Shown: one piece after another, positions 1-7,526 of the stretch
Layout: every line of letters begins with the position of its first letter
How positions within the stretch are numbered: the first letter of the stretch is position 1
IMG/VR virus record: IMGVR_UViG_3300025305_000013
DNA from: an uncultured virus (IMG/VR IMGVR_UViG_3300025305_000013)
Lineage: Duplodnaviria > Heunggongvirae > Uroviricota > Caudoviricetes
Reading direction: 5' to 3' (one strand)
Length of the DNA: 20,000 bases
Program-made: the position numbers and the translations under genes
Notes under the pieces: model-generated
Database searches by the model: none
What the model was told of the DNA's origin: nothing
Seen by the model: only the letters and a program-made list of their open reading frames with translations

Positions 1-58
1 TAATTAGACCAGAAGCAATAGGTAGACCTAATTCAGTAATTAGGCTGAATACTTCCAT
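1..58 (-). CDS. 5' end of a probable small membrane protein (possibly holin-like), truncated by the window edge
   Basis: Not in the ORF track. ATG at 58, 7 nt after the nuclease stop, reads MEVFSLITELGLPIASGLI... with no stop to position 1. The hydrophobic N-terminus suggests a TM helix; function is a guess. Confidence 0.5.
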   Translation of the reverse strand, partial: MEVFSLITELGLPIASGLI

Positions 59-65
59 CTAATAT

Positions 66-491
66 TTAGCCATTTGGAACAAAGACTCCCAACTCTATTA
101 ATTTAGCCCTGTTAACCTCATGCTCATCTTCGATTTCCTGCTTACTTTGACCAAAGTAAGCCACAGCATGATGATTTCTAATCATAGAAGTGTTTATGTT
201 TACCCCATCGACAACAACATCTCCCAATACTCTGCCAAACTTTCCTTTGGAGTCCTTTAACTTTGTTTGTATTACAACATGATGCTTAGAAGACTCAATG
301 GCATCTACAAGATAGGCTTTTGCTAACAATCCCCTTGCCTTTTCATCTTTGTTTCTGGTTCTTGACTCGGGAGTATCTATTCCATATAAACGAACTCTGC
401 ATTTATGCAGAATTTTAAACCCAAGATCAAGCGTTACATCACAAGTATCACCGTCTATAACCCTGTCAACTTTACAAGCATACTCATACAT
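66..491 (-). CDS. Thermonuclease / staphylococcal nuclease (SNase)-like protein
   Basis: SNase motifs RVIDGDT, VRLYGIDTPE and KGKFGRVLG. Start moved from 560 to ATG 491 (MYEYACKV), right after the stop of the upstream 62-aa gene; the extra N-terminal residues overlap that gene. Confidence 0.88.
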   Translation of the reverse strand: MYEYACKVDRVIDGDTCDVTLDLGFKILHKCRVRLYGIDTPESRTRNKDEKARGLLAKAYLVDAIESSKHHVVIQTKLKDSKGKFGRVLGDVVVDGVNINTSMIRNHHAVAYFGQSKQEIEDEHEVNRAKLIELGVFVPNG

Positions 492-492
492 G

Positions 493-681
493 TTACTTTC
501 TTTTTTTACGTTTAGATTTTTTTGACTTTCTTTTAACTTGGACTGTTTTATAGGCTTCATTTATATTTGGTGTTGATTTATCGTCTGCCCTATATTGACC
601 TTTGTCGTTTCTAGAACGAACTGTTTTTTCTTCAAAACCAAGGAAGGTCGATTTAAACCATTTTCTTAGACCATATAACAT
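493..681 (-). CDS. Small basic hypothetical phage protein
   Basis: GGAG Shine-Dalgarno upstream (GGGAGAATAGTATG). Fills the gap between the oxygenase and the nuclease. Core RSRNDKGQYRADDKSTPNINEAY, tail KRKSKKSKRKKRK. Confidence 0.75.
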   Translation of the reverse strand: MLYGLRKWFKSTFLGFEEKTVRSRNDKGQYRADDKSTPNINEAYKTVQVKRKSKKSKRKKRK

Positions 682-691
682 ACTATTCTCC

Positions 692-1381
692 CTACGCCGC
701 TAGGTCGGTATCCCAACAATTTAAATTAGAGGCAATAGTTCTTCTTTCTCCATCGCCCTTGAAAGGATAAACCATGTGCTGAAGCCAGCTTGGAAAGACC
801 AAAAGTTTTCCTACCTCTGGTTTCATAACAAAAGACTGAGGAGGTCTGAGCCTATCTGTATTCATTAGCTCGTTTCTCCCATACTGAAATGCTATATAGC
901 CGTCGCAATCACCAGAAGTGTTATACAGAGAATAATTGGGCGACCCCGCAGTCGGCTGATCTAATATTTGCTGGGGAACTTTTGTCCAGCCCGTAGTAGA
1001 TATCCCCATAATTGTTTTAGTGCCGTGGTCGTGTATCGGGTTGTAGTCGCCTTCGTAACTATGAACTGACCATGTTTCATCAATCGACACGGCTTTTGGT
1101 GATTTAAGCTGTGTTCCGGTATTTTCACAAAAAAAGTTTACATAATCAGCCCCAAGGCTAGTTATAAACTCTGTGTATTCTTTAACTCTGGAATCATCAT
1201 TGTCGATAAGAAGTTGCTCACCCTGAGCTATTTGCCCCACCAAAGTATCGGCCAATGACTTTTTATTTATGTCTTCCCTGTACTCGTCAAGGTAGTCATT
1301 TAGGTCATTAACCATGCTTTCAGGCATTTCTGTCTCCATGACAAAAACACTAGGCATGTTATGTACCGTTACTTCAGCCAT
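692..1381 (-). CDS. Putative 2OG-Fe(II) oxygenase (TIGR02466 / 2OG-FeII_Oxy_5-like)
   Basis: W-x6-DYNPIHDH first metal motif, PEVGKLLVFPSWLQHMVYP distal His, and ERRTIASN 2OG-binding Arg, the layout of the double-stranded beta-helix oxygenases common in marine phages. Start overlaps the upstream stop (TAATG). Confidence 0.85.
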   Translation of the reverse strand: MAEVTVHNMPSVFVMETEMPESMVNDLNDYLDEYREDINKKSLADTLVGQIAQGEQLLIDNDDSRVKEYTEFITSLGADYVNFFCENTGTQLKSPKAVSIDETWSVHSYEGDYNPIHDHGTKTIMGISTTGWTKVPQQILDQPTAGSPNYSLYNTSGDCDGYIAFQYGRNELMNTDRLRPPQSFVMKPEVGKLLVFPSWLQHMVYPFKGDGERRTIASNLNCWDTDLAA

Positions 1382-1710
1382 TAGCTAGGAATCGTGTAGC
1401 TTGTATCTGGCACAGGATTCGACGGTGGGCTGGTAATCACGCTGTCCACTTGACTGGCAAACACCGCGTCCCAATGGCTCGTCGGACAAAGCGCCTCTAG
1501 CTCGGATTTAGTCCAGCTACCTTTAGCCTTCTTAGCAAAGACCGTAGCGCCGTCATCATCTACATTATTAACATTTGTAGAAAACGTGCCGGTGTAGTAC
1601 GTCGAATCGCCTTCACTGTCGTTCTCGTAAGTCATTTCCAAGTCCCACCTTTCCACCTTGCTCGACTTAACGTGAGGTACAGCGGAAGTAAGTGTTTTCG
1701 TTACTGCCAT
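1381..1710 (-). CDS. Hypothetical protein, tail-fibre associated
   Basis: GGAG RBS, starts 1 nt after the tail fibre stop and is translationally coupled to the oxygenase. Function inferred from position only. Confidence 0.7.
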   Translation of the reverse strand: MAVTKTLTSAVPHVKSSKVERWDLEMTYENDSEGDSTYYTGTFSTNVNNVDDDGATVFAKKAKGSWTKSELEALCPTSHWDAVFASQVDSVITSPPSNPVPDTSYTIPS

Positions 1711-1711
1711 C

Positions 1712-4183
1712 TTAATCTCCTTGACATTTACATTTGGGCTGCGCTTTCAAATCCTCTACTTCAGCCGATAGCTCTTGAACAGCATTAACCAGCATAGGTA
1801 CAAATTTGTTGTATTTAAGCCCATACATTTTCCCGTCATTACTGAGACTGGAAATCAAATTACTTTTTTCTTCGCTGCTGAATCCGTAATTTTTTTCCAG
1901 TTCATTTACATCTTGGGCAAGAAATCCAACGTCAAGCTGCTCACTCTTGTATTGCCCATCAGGAGCAATGTCTTGATCCTTGCTATAGTGACTACGCTTA
2001 TCCCAACGATAAGTGACAGGCTTCAGTTGGTTGACAAAACTCAATCCAGAATTCAACTCTGAAATATCTGTTTTATCTCTACCATCAGAGGCAACTGTCC
2101 AATCTACCTGAATATGTGCATGAGTGATGTTTTCATCACCAAGACAAATTTGGTTGTTTCCTGTAGTAACCGCACCGCCCGGAGAGCTTGCAATTCCTGC
2201 ATCCCTGCCCAAACAAAGATTGTTATCGCCTGATGTAATAGACTTTCCGGCATCTTTGCCCACACCAGTATTGCTGTCTCCTGTGGTGGCTTCTAAGGCG
2301 TTCTTGCCAACTCCAACATTGTTATCGCCCTCAGTGTTGGTCTTTAAGGAAGATTCTCCTACGCTGACATTACCAGCGCCAGTTGTGTTCGATGACCCGG
2401 ACACATACCCGACTGCCGTGTTGTTATTTGCGGTCGTGTTTGCTGATAAAGCCTCCCTTCCCACAGCAGTATTGTTACTTCCGGTGGTATTTGCGTCTAG
2501 AGCTATATAGCCCACTGCAACATTGCTGCCGCCTGTGGTAGCAGCCGCCATTGCTGAAGTCCCCACTCCCACGTTTTCTGCGCCCGTAGTAATCGCAGTT
2601 CCTGCCGACTTACCTACCATTGTGTTGGCTGTCGCTGTAGTTGCGGTACTCAGGGCCGCGTCCCCCACAGCAACATTTTGGTTGCCTGTTGTATTCGCGT
2701 CCAAGGCTAACGCCCCCACTGCAACATTTTCTGCGCCTGTGGTGTTTGCAATCATCGCATCCTTGCCCACAGCAGTGTTGCGGCTTGCGGTAGTGTTTGC
2801 CGCTAAAACACTTACTCCGACTGCTACATTGTTAGCGCCTGTGGTATTGGCGGTTAATGCGTCCATGCCCACTGCGGTGTTGTCACTTGCGGCATTACTA
2901 CCACCTGACAAAGCGTTATAACCTACTGCGGTGTTATTTGATTGCGTAGTAATTGCTTGTAATGTGGCTCTACCAAGAGCAGTGTTTTTTGCGCCAGTTG
3001 TGTTTGCACTTAGTGCTTTTTCTCCAACAGCAGTTATATAATTTGCGGTTGTGTTAGCGTCTAATGCTAAATAGCCAACAGCTACGTTAGAAGCACCTGT
3101 GGTGTTGGCAGCTAATGCACTTTTGCCAACAGCAGTATTTGCTGCTCCGGTAGAATTAACCAGCAAAGCACTGGCACCCACGGCAGTGTTATGATCGGCT
3201 GTTGTCGTAGCCCCTCCAGCGTTGTCACCGACAAAGGTATTTGTGCTTCCAGTCGTTACAGCATCCCCGGCTGCATAGCCCACGGCTGTATTGTCTGTGC
3301 CAGAGCTATTAGCCGTTAAAGCAAATGCCCCCACCGCAGTATTATCGGCTGCGGTGGTCGCTACCAATAAGGCGCTAGACCCCAAAGCGGTATTATTTCC
3401 ACCAGTAGTTACGGCTCCGCCTGCGTTATCACCGATCAGCGTGTTGTCTGAACCAGTTGTAACAGCATCCCCGGCTGCGTGACCCACCGCTACATTATCT
3501 GTACCAGAAGTATTAGCTGTAAGCGCCTCCGTACCAACTGCTACGTTATTATTTGCCGTGGTCGCAACCAGCAGAGCGCCAGAGCCAATGGCTACGTTGT
3601 TTCCACCCGTTGTCAGAGCGCCACCAGCGTTGTCTCCGACAGCGGTGTTGTCGGAACCCGTAGTCACTGCATCAAGCGAGGCTTCACCTATGGCAACGTT
3701 ATCCGTTCCGGTCGTTAAAGCTGTGCCTAAATTGCCGCTACCCAGTCCTACGTTACCCGTGCCGCCCGTCATGTCCAAGACATCGGTAACTGCGGCTCCT
3801 GCACCTGCGCCATCAGCTACAACCATCTTGATGCTGCCATTCGGGATAACAACATTAGCCCCGGTTCCTTGGCTAAGAGTTACTGTGTTTCCAGCAGAGT
3901 TTTGAACTACCCAGACATTACTTAATGTATTGGGAGCCAATGTGACCGTGCAAGCCTGAGATAAAGAACCAGTCAAAGTTAACGCCGTAGAGCGAAAAGC
4001 ATCACTTGCGCCGTCCGCCATAGTAATGGTTGCGGTACTGGCATCTGAAAGAGCTTCTGACCCAGAGCCGAATTTTTCAGAAATTAACTCAAGATTTGTA
4101 TTTGTTGTTGTTCCCCAAGTTCCCGAGGCGTCACCAGTCGCCATCTCGTTGAGTCTAAGGTCATTCACATATGTACTTGCCAT
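1712..4183 (-). CDS. Tail fibre / receptor-binding protein with 17-aa repeat beta-solenoid and C-terminal intramolecular chaperone (Peptidase S74-like)
   Basis: N-terminal anchor (MASTY...GDASGTWGTTTNTNL) and about 30 repeats of the type NTAVGxxALxANTTGxx. C-terminal SDGRDK autocleavage motif (Ser codon 2087-2089) followed by LKPVTYRW, GFLAQDV and YNKFVPMLVNAVQELSAEVEDLK coiled coil. GAGG RBS. Confidence 0.9.
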   Translation of the reverse strand: MASTYVNDLRLNEMATGDASGTWGTTTNTNLELISEKFGSGSEALSDASTATITMADGASDAFRSTALTLTGSLSQACTVTLAPNTLSNVWVVQNSAGNTVTLSQGTGANVVIPNGSIKMVVADGAGAGAAVTDVLDMTGGTGNVGLGSGNLGTALTTGTDNVAIGEASLDAVTTGSDNTAVGDNAGGALTTGGNNVAIGSGALLVATTANNNVAVGTEALTANTSGTDNVAVGHAAGDAVTTGSDNTLIGDNAGGAVTTGGNNTALGSSALLVATTAADNTAVGAFALTANSSGTDNTAVGYAAGDAVTTGSTNTFVGDNAGGATTTADHNTAVGASALLVNSTGAANTAVGKSALAANTTGASNVAVGYLALDANTTANYITAVGEKALSANTTGAKNTALGRATLQAITTQSNNTAVGYNALSGGSNAASDNTAVGMDALTANTTGANNVAVGVSVLAANTTASRNTAVGKDAMIANTTGAENVAVGALALDANTTGNQNVAVGDAALSTATTATANTMVGKSAGTAITTGAENVGVGTSAMAAATTGGSNVAVGYIALDANTTGSNNTAVGREALSANTTANNNTAVGYVSGSSNTTGAGNVSVGESSLKTNTEGDNNVGVGKNALEATTGDSNTGVGKDAGKSITSGDNNLCLGRDAGIASSPGGAVTTGNNQICLGDENITHAHIQVDWTVASDGRDKTDISELNSGLSFVNQLKPVTYRWDKRSHYSKDQDIAPDGQYKSEQLDVGFLAQDVNELEKNYGFSSEEKSNLISSLSNDGKMYGLKYNKFVPMLVNAVQELSAEVEDLKAQPKCKCQGD
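2140..3760 (-). repeat. Degenerate coding tandem repeat: 51-bp (17-aa) unit with a 204-bp (68-aa) higher-order period in the 5' part
   Basis: Units such as NVAIGEASLDAVTTGSD / NTAVGDNAGGALTTGGN / NVAIGSGALLVATTANN / NVAVGTEALTANTSGTD recur as a four-unit block. An identical 17-mer ACAGCATCCCCGGCTGC occurs at 3258-3274 and 3462-3478, 204 bp apart. Array boundaries are approximate. Confidence 0.85.
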
Positions 4184-4249
4184 ATTAATCCTCTTCTAAT
4201 CAGATTAATTATTGTTCTCAGATTATATTATACTTTTTTTATTCAATAA
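4184..4249 (-). promoter_or_regulatory. AT-rich intergenic region with possible promoter for the tail fibre module
   Basis: Minus strand has overlapping TATAAT hexamers (4227-4232 and 4222-4227) after an A-tract. TTGAAT (4241-4246) is only 13 bp from the farther -10, so it is not a canonical sigma70 spacing. Confidence 0.3.
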
Positions 4250-5044
4250 TTAAGCTACTTCTTTCCATTTTGAATCTTGAGAATCGCTTACACCTGTCCA
4301 ACTTGGGCTTTGAGAATCGCTTACACCTGTCCAACTTGGGCTTTGAGAATCGCTTACACCTGTCCAACTTGGGCTTTGAGAATCATCTATTATCCCCCAA
4401 ACTAGAATATTTGGAGTTCCTGCAGTTGCTGCTAAACCTGTTAAAGTTACAGTTGCCTTGCTGATAGTGGAAACAGTACCTAAACTTCCTGTACAAGAAA
4501 TACCATCAACTTCAACCCGTTCATTATGGTATACTGTAACACTACCAACCGAGCCAGTAACACTCAGGCCAGTTACCGAAACATTTGCTTCGCCGTCTAC
4601 ATCAACAGAAACTGCCCCAAGAGTTCCCACCATAGTGGGCAGAACTGCTATGGCTTGTGCATTAACGGCTACAACAGGTGTTGCTGTAGTTCCTGCCACC
4701 CCTGATACTGACACATTAGCTGCGGCATCAACAGTGGGTGTTCCTAATGCACTTGTGCCTACCTGAGTTGCTAAAGTTACATTAGCTGCGGCATCAACAG
4801 TGGGTGTTCCTAATGCACTTGTGCCTGCTAAACCTGATACGGATATATTGGCTTCACAATCAAAAGTAGGAGTACCTACAGCTCCAGTGCCTACTTGTGT
4901 GGATAGGGTTACATTGGCTTCGGCAACAACACTAACAGAGCCAACTGACCCTGTAGCTGAAAGACCTGTGAGTACAACGGGGTTGGGTTCACCCCAAGTA
5001 TCTGATCCCCAAGTGCCTCGACCCCAACCAGTGATCGCTGCCAT
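4250..5044 (-). CDS. Gly/Ser/Thr/Val-rich repeat structural protein (tail/fibre associated)
   Basis: N-terminal GWGRGTWGSDTWG, about 22-aa beta-rich repeats, and C-terminal DSQSPSWTGVS repeats. Lies directly upstream of the tail fibre. Confidence 0.8.
   Translation of the reverse strand: MAAITGWGRGTWGSDTWGEPNPVVLTGLSATGSVGSVSVVAEANVTLSTQVGTGAVGTPTFDCEANISVSGLAGTSALGTPTVDAAANVTLATQVGTSALGTPTVDAAANVSVSGVAGTTATPVVAVNAQAIAVLPTMVGTLGAVSVDVDGEANVSVTGLSVTGSVGSVTVYHNERVEVDGISCTGSLGTVSTISKATVTLTGLAATAGTPNILVWGIIDDSQSPSWTGVSDSQSPSWTGVSDSQSPSWTGVSDSQDSKWKEVA
4277..4384. repeat. Perfect 33-bp tandem repeat, about 3.3 copies (coding VNTR)
   Basis: TTGAGAATCGCTTACACCTGTCCAACTTGGGCT starts at 4277, 4310 and 4343, with a partial copy at 4376. 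It encodes an 11-aa unit (DSQSPSWTGVS) on the minus strand. Confidence 0.97.
4713..4826. repeat. 48-bp exact direct repeat, period 66 bp
   Basis: ACATTAGCTGCGGCATCAACAGTGGGTGTTCCTAATGCACTTGTGCCT at 4713-4760 and 4779-4826, encoding GTSALGTPTVDAAANV twice. Confidence 0.93.
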
Positions 5045-5051
5045 GGTGAAT

Positions 5052-5480
5052 TTACGCTATTCTTATAATAGCTGTGCTCGCGGCAGCGGCGGGGAAAACT
5101 ATGGTGAAATCTCCACCGGTGGATGTCTTATCTCCACCAAAATCAATAGTCGCAACTGATTTATTTGAATCACTCGAATTATAGATCAAGCATCCTCTTG
5201 CAGTAACTGTCGCTGTGCCAAAAGTAAGATCTGCAAAATCTGTAAACCCTGTTGTACCTGAACTTGTTGGGTCCACTCTTGTTAAATTGGCGCCACCTGC
5301 TGTGTAATTAGTTCCACTAACTTGATTAGTAGTGGCATATGCAGTTGTAGTAGCTCCCATTGTAGCAGAGCTTGTATATAATGCTAATTTAAATGTGTCC
5401 CCTCCAGAATTTTTAAAATTATGGACAGCTTCCAATAATTCCTTCTTAAAACTGGTTGTAAGGGTTGAAGTTATAGCCAT
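5052..5480 (-). CDS. Conserved phage structural protein (tail/neck region)
   Basis: MAITSTLTTSFKKELL...FKLALYTSSAT...NYTAGG, Thr/Gly/Ala-rich and virion-like. Start revised to ATG 5480, just past the upstream stop. Confidence 0.75.
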   Translation of the reverse strand: MAITSTLTTSFKKELLEAVHNFKNSGGDTFKLALYTSSATMGATTTAYATTNQVSGTNYTAGGANLTRVDPTSSGTTGFTDFADLTFGTATVTARGCLIYNSSDSNKSVATIDFGGDKTSTGGDFTIVFPAAAASTAIIRIA

Positions 5481-5481
5481 C

Positions 5482-5775
5482 TCATGCAAACTCCTTCAAT
5501 ATTTTTGCTAAATCTTCATGACCTTGTTTCTTTAGAAGATTTTTCATTGTGCACCTTTCACTATTGATGCTCTGCTTCATATAATAAAGTATTGTGTTAT
5601 AAATGGCTAATTGATACTCTTGTGCTTGTTGTCTTATATGTGGTGCAGCGTCTTTAGAAATACCGCAAATTTTTTCTGTGCATCTTTTAGACCAAAATTC
5701 CAGAGAATGGCCTTCATGATTTGTGGTGGAAACTTCTATCTTTCCTAAAGAAACTTTTGTGTCAATTTCTATCAT
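5482..5775 (-). CDS. Hypothetical protein
   Basis: 97-aa ORF coupled to the upstream stop (TGATG overlap); no recognised motif. Confidence 0.7.
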   Translation of the reverse strand: MIEIDTKVSLGKIEVSTTNHEGHSLEFWSKRCTEKICGISKDAAPHIRQQAQEYQLAIYNTILYYMKQSINSERCTMKNLLKKQGHEDLAKILKEFA

Positions 5776-6512
5776 CAGTACCTTTTTGCTTCTGGTGGAG
5801 TATTCAAAATAGGGACTAATTCTGCATTTTTTCTATTCTCATCTTCCACTGCTTTTGTATATTCTTTATAGCCAATCTTATAAAATTCTTCAGTTTTGGG
5901 GTCAAACATAACTAAAGGCGGGTTATCTAAACGATGATACCCATAAACTTTATCTTGAAGAGGTACATCAGTATCTAATAGACCAGATCTAGGGGCAACA
6001 CTAACGACTATTCCCGCTGATATACACTTTGATAACCAAAATTCTACACAAGCTCTACCTGATTCAGCAAAGTGAAGATTACCCTTATAAGTAAAATCGA
6101 CCCCAAACATGTTAATTCTACCAACTTTATTATACATAGCAAAGGCAATGGCAAAACAAACTGTGTTGTTTAGATAAGAAGAGCCAGTTTCTTTGACAAC
6201 TTCTAAAAGAGGAAATTCTACTAAATTAGTGCACCGATCATCTAATTCACATGTATAGATTGGTCCAGGATGAGATTTTAATATTTTTCTCATCAATCCT
6301 GTTTGAGTTCCTGCTGCGTCTGAATCAAGAAACCTAGTGGCAGGATCTAACATAAAAGTTCTATCTACTTCTCTAACAACCCCCGCCATGGCATTAATTG
6401 CCCAAACTTCATCGAATTGATTACTGTGTGATATTGATAGATGAAAGTCTAACTGACTTTCTCCCATAGCGACGATGGCGATATTCGCCCCGTCGAGTTT
6501 TTCTATTTTCAT
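5775..6512 (-). CDS. Putative glycosyltransferase-like / DUF115 (Maf/MptE-like) Rossmannoid enzyme
   Basis: IAIVAMGES...DEVWAIN...NNTVCFAIAFA...INMFGVDF follows the pattern seen in DUF115 and sialyltransferase-like folds. The gene itself is well supported (ATGA coupling); the product is tentative. Confidence 0.55.
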   Translation of the reverse strand: MKIEKLDGANIAIVAMGESQLDFHLSISHSNQFDEVWAINAMAGVVREVDRTFMLDPATRFLDSDAAGTQTGLMRKILKSHPGPIYTCELDDRCTNLVEFPLLEVVKETGSSYLNNTVCFAIAFAMYNKVGRINMFGVDFTYKGNLHFAESGRACVEFWLSKCISAGIVVSVAPRSGLLDTDVPLQDKVYGYHRLDNPPLVMFDPKTEEFYKIGYKEYTKAVEDENRKNAELVPILNTPPEAKRY

Positions 6513-7159
6513 GCCTGTGGCGTTCTCCTTACTTGGTCATATCTATATTGATCTCGGGTAGATTTACCTTCCCCAAGATTTTTCATCAAGGCGAGAGCCT
6601 CTTGAAATCTTGTTTCATAGATTGGTATAATCTCATAATTTTTTAAATACACCATAGCTTCTGTTAAGCTGCCATATAATATTGCATTTGGAGCATTGGT
6701 AGATAGCCAAGTTGTACCTGAGTCACCTGCCGAAGTAAGGGATGAGGGTCTATAAAAATAGTGCAACTCAAAAGTATAGTTTGAATTTGGCGTGGGAGCC
6801 AATATGAAGGTATCTTCATCAAACTCTGCGTAATACTTTGGTTCTCCCGTAGTGGAAGATGCGGGTGTGTAGTCCCGAATAAAACTTGGGTGCTTTAATT
6901 TAAGGTAGTTATAGTTTGAATCACTATCTATTACCGCTAAACTAAAGGGAGAAAGGAAGTCCGTAGGAGCTCCTAGATATGCAGTACTTGCTGTTCCTGT
7001 TCCTGTCACATTTTTGATAAAATCGTCTAGTTGAACGGCTTTTAAAACACGCTCTTCTGTCGTTTTTATAAAATCATCTAAATGTGTAACAAAAGTAGAT
7101 TCAGTAGACTGAGAATAGTCCTGAATTGCAGTTTTTAGTGTAGAATATGTCCAACTCAC
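6509..7159 (-). CDS. Putative head-tail adaptor / tail ring protein
   Basis: GTG start. TYSTLKTAIQDY N-terminal helix, TGEPKYYA...ILAPTPNSNYTFELHY, and P-x-A-I-L-Y-G-S-L C-terminal helices, as in phage adaptor-type proteins. Post-capsid position. Confidence 0.7.
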   Translation of the reverse strand: MSWTYSTLKTAIQDYSQSTESTFVTHLDDFIKTTEERVLKAVQLDDFIKNVTGTGTASTAYLGAPTDFLSPFSLAVIDSDSNYNYLKLKHPSFIRDYTPASSTTGEPKYYAEFDEDTFILAPTPNSNYTFELHYFYRPSSLTSAGDSGTTWLSTNAPNAILYGSLTEAMVYLKNYEIIPIYETRFQEALALMKNLGEGKSTRDQYRYDQVRRTPQA

Positions 7160-7163
7160 GGTA

Positions 7164-7526
7164 CTACCCTATACTGACTGATATTGTTCCTAAACTTGCT
7201 GTAAGTTCATCCATATAGAAACTAGAACCAATAATATCGTTATGCGTGATATCCATGGATAAACCTGTAACTCCGTCAGCGTTTTTAGTATTTCCTGATC
7301 TAACTATACCATACCCAGTAGTAGGAGCCAATTCTGTAGGTCGGGGTTGCTTCAGAGCTTCTGGATCAACAGGGAGTCTAGCAGGAGTTAATTGCGGTTG
7401 TTTTGGTTCATAACAATCGGGACAAACTTTTAGTCCGTTCCACTCCATTTTCATTTGCAAGTATTTATAGACAAAACCACATCTATCGCACTGAGCTTGA
7501 GAAAATTTACCTAGTGCATAAGCCAT
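7164..7526 (-). CDS. Zn-ribbon (CxxC...CxxC) protein in the neck gene cluster
   Basis: CDRC and CPDC pairs; TAATG coupling with the upstream gene. Confidence 0.75.
   Translation of the reverse strand: MAYALGKFSQAQCDRCGFVYKYLQMKMEWNGLKVCPDCYEPKQPQLTPARLPVDPEALKQPRPTELAPTTGYGIVRSGNTKNADGVTGLSMDITHNDIIGSSFYMDELTASLGTISVSIG

Noticed and set aside
1775..3905. Several plus-strand ORFs (95-132 aa) rich in P/V/A/L
   Set aside because: They are antisense shadows of the repetitive Gly/Thr/Ala/Asn tail fibre codons, with no RBS or independent motifs.
1712..4183. Diversity-generating retroelement or invertible tail-fibre switch
   Set aside because: No reverse transcriptase, recombinase, adenine-specific TR/VR pair or flanking inverted repeats are visible in the window.
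4277..4384. 33-bp repeats as a possible CRISPR array
   Set aside because: The copies are head-to-tail with no spacers, in frame within a CDS, and there are no cas genes.
4270..5159. Plus-strand ORFs 4270-4464, 4458-4766 and 4800-5159
   Set aside because: Antisense to well-supported structural genes; the first is only the reverse reading of the VNTR.
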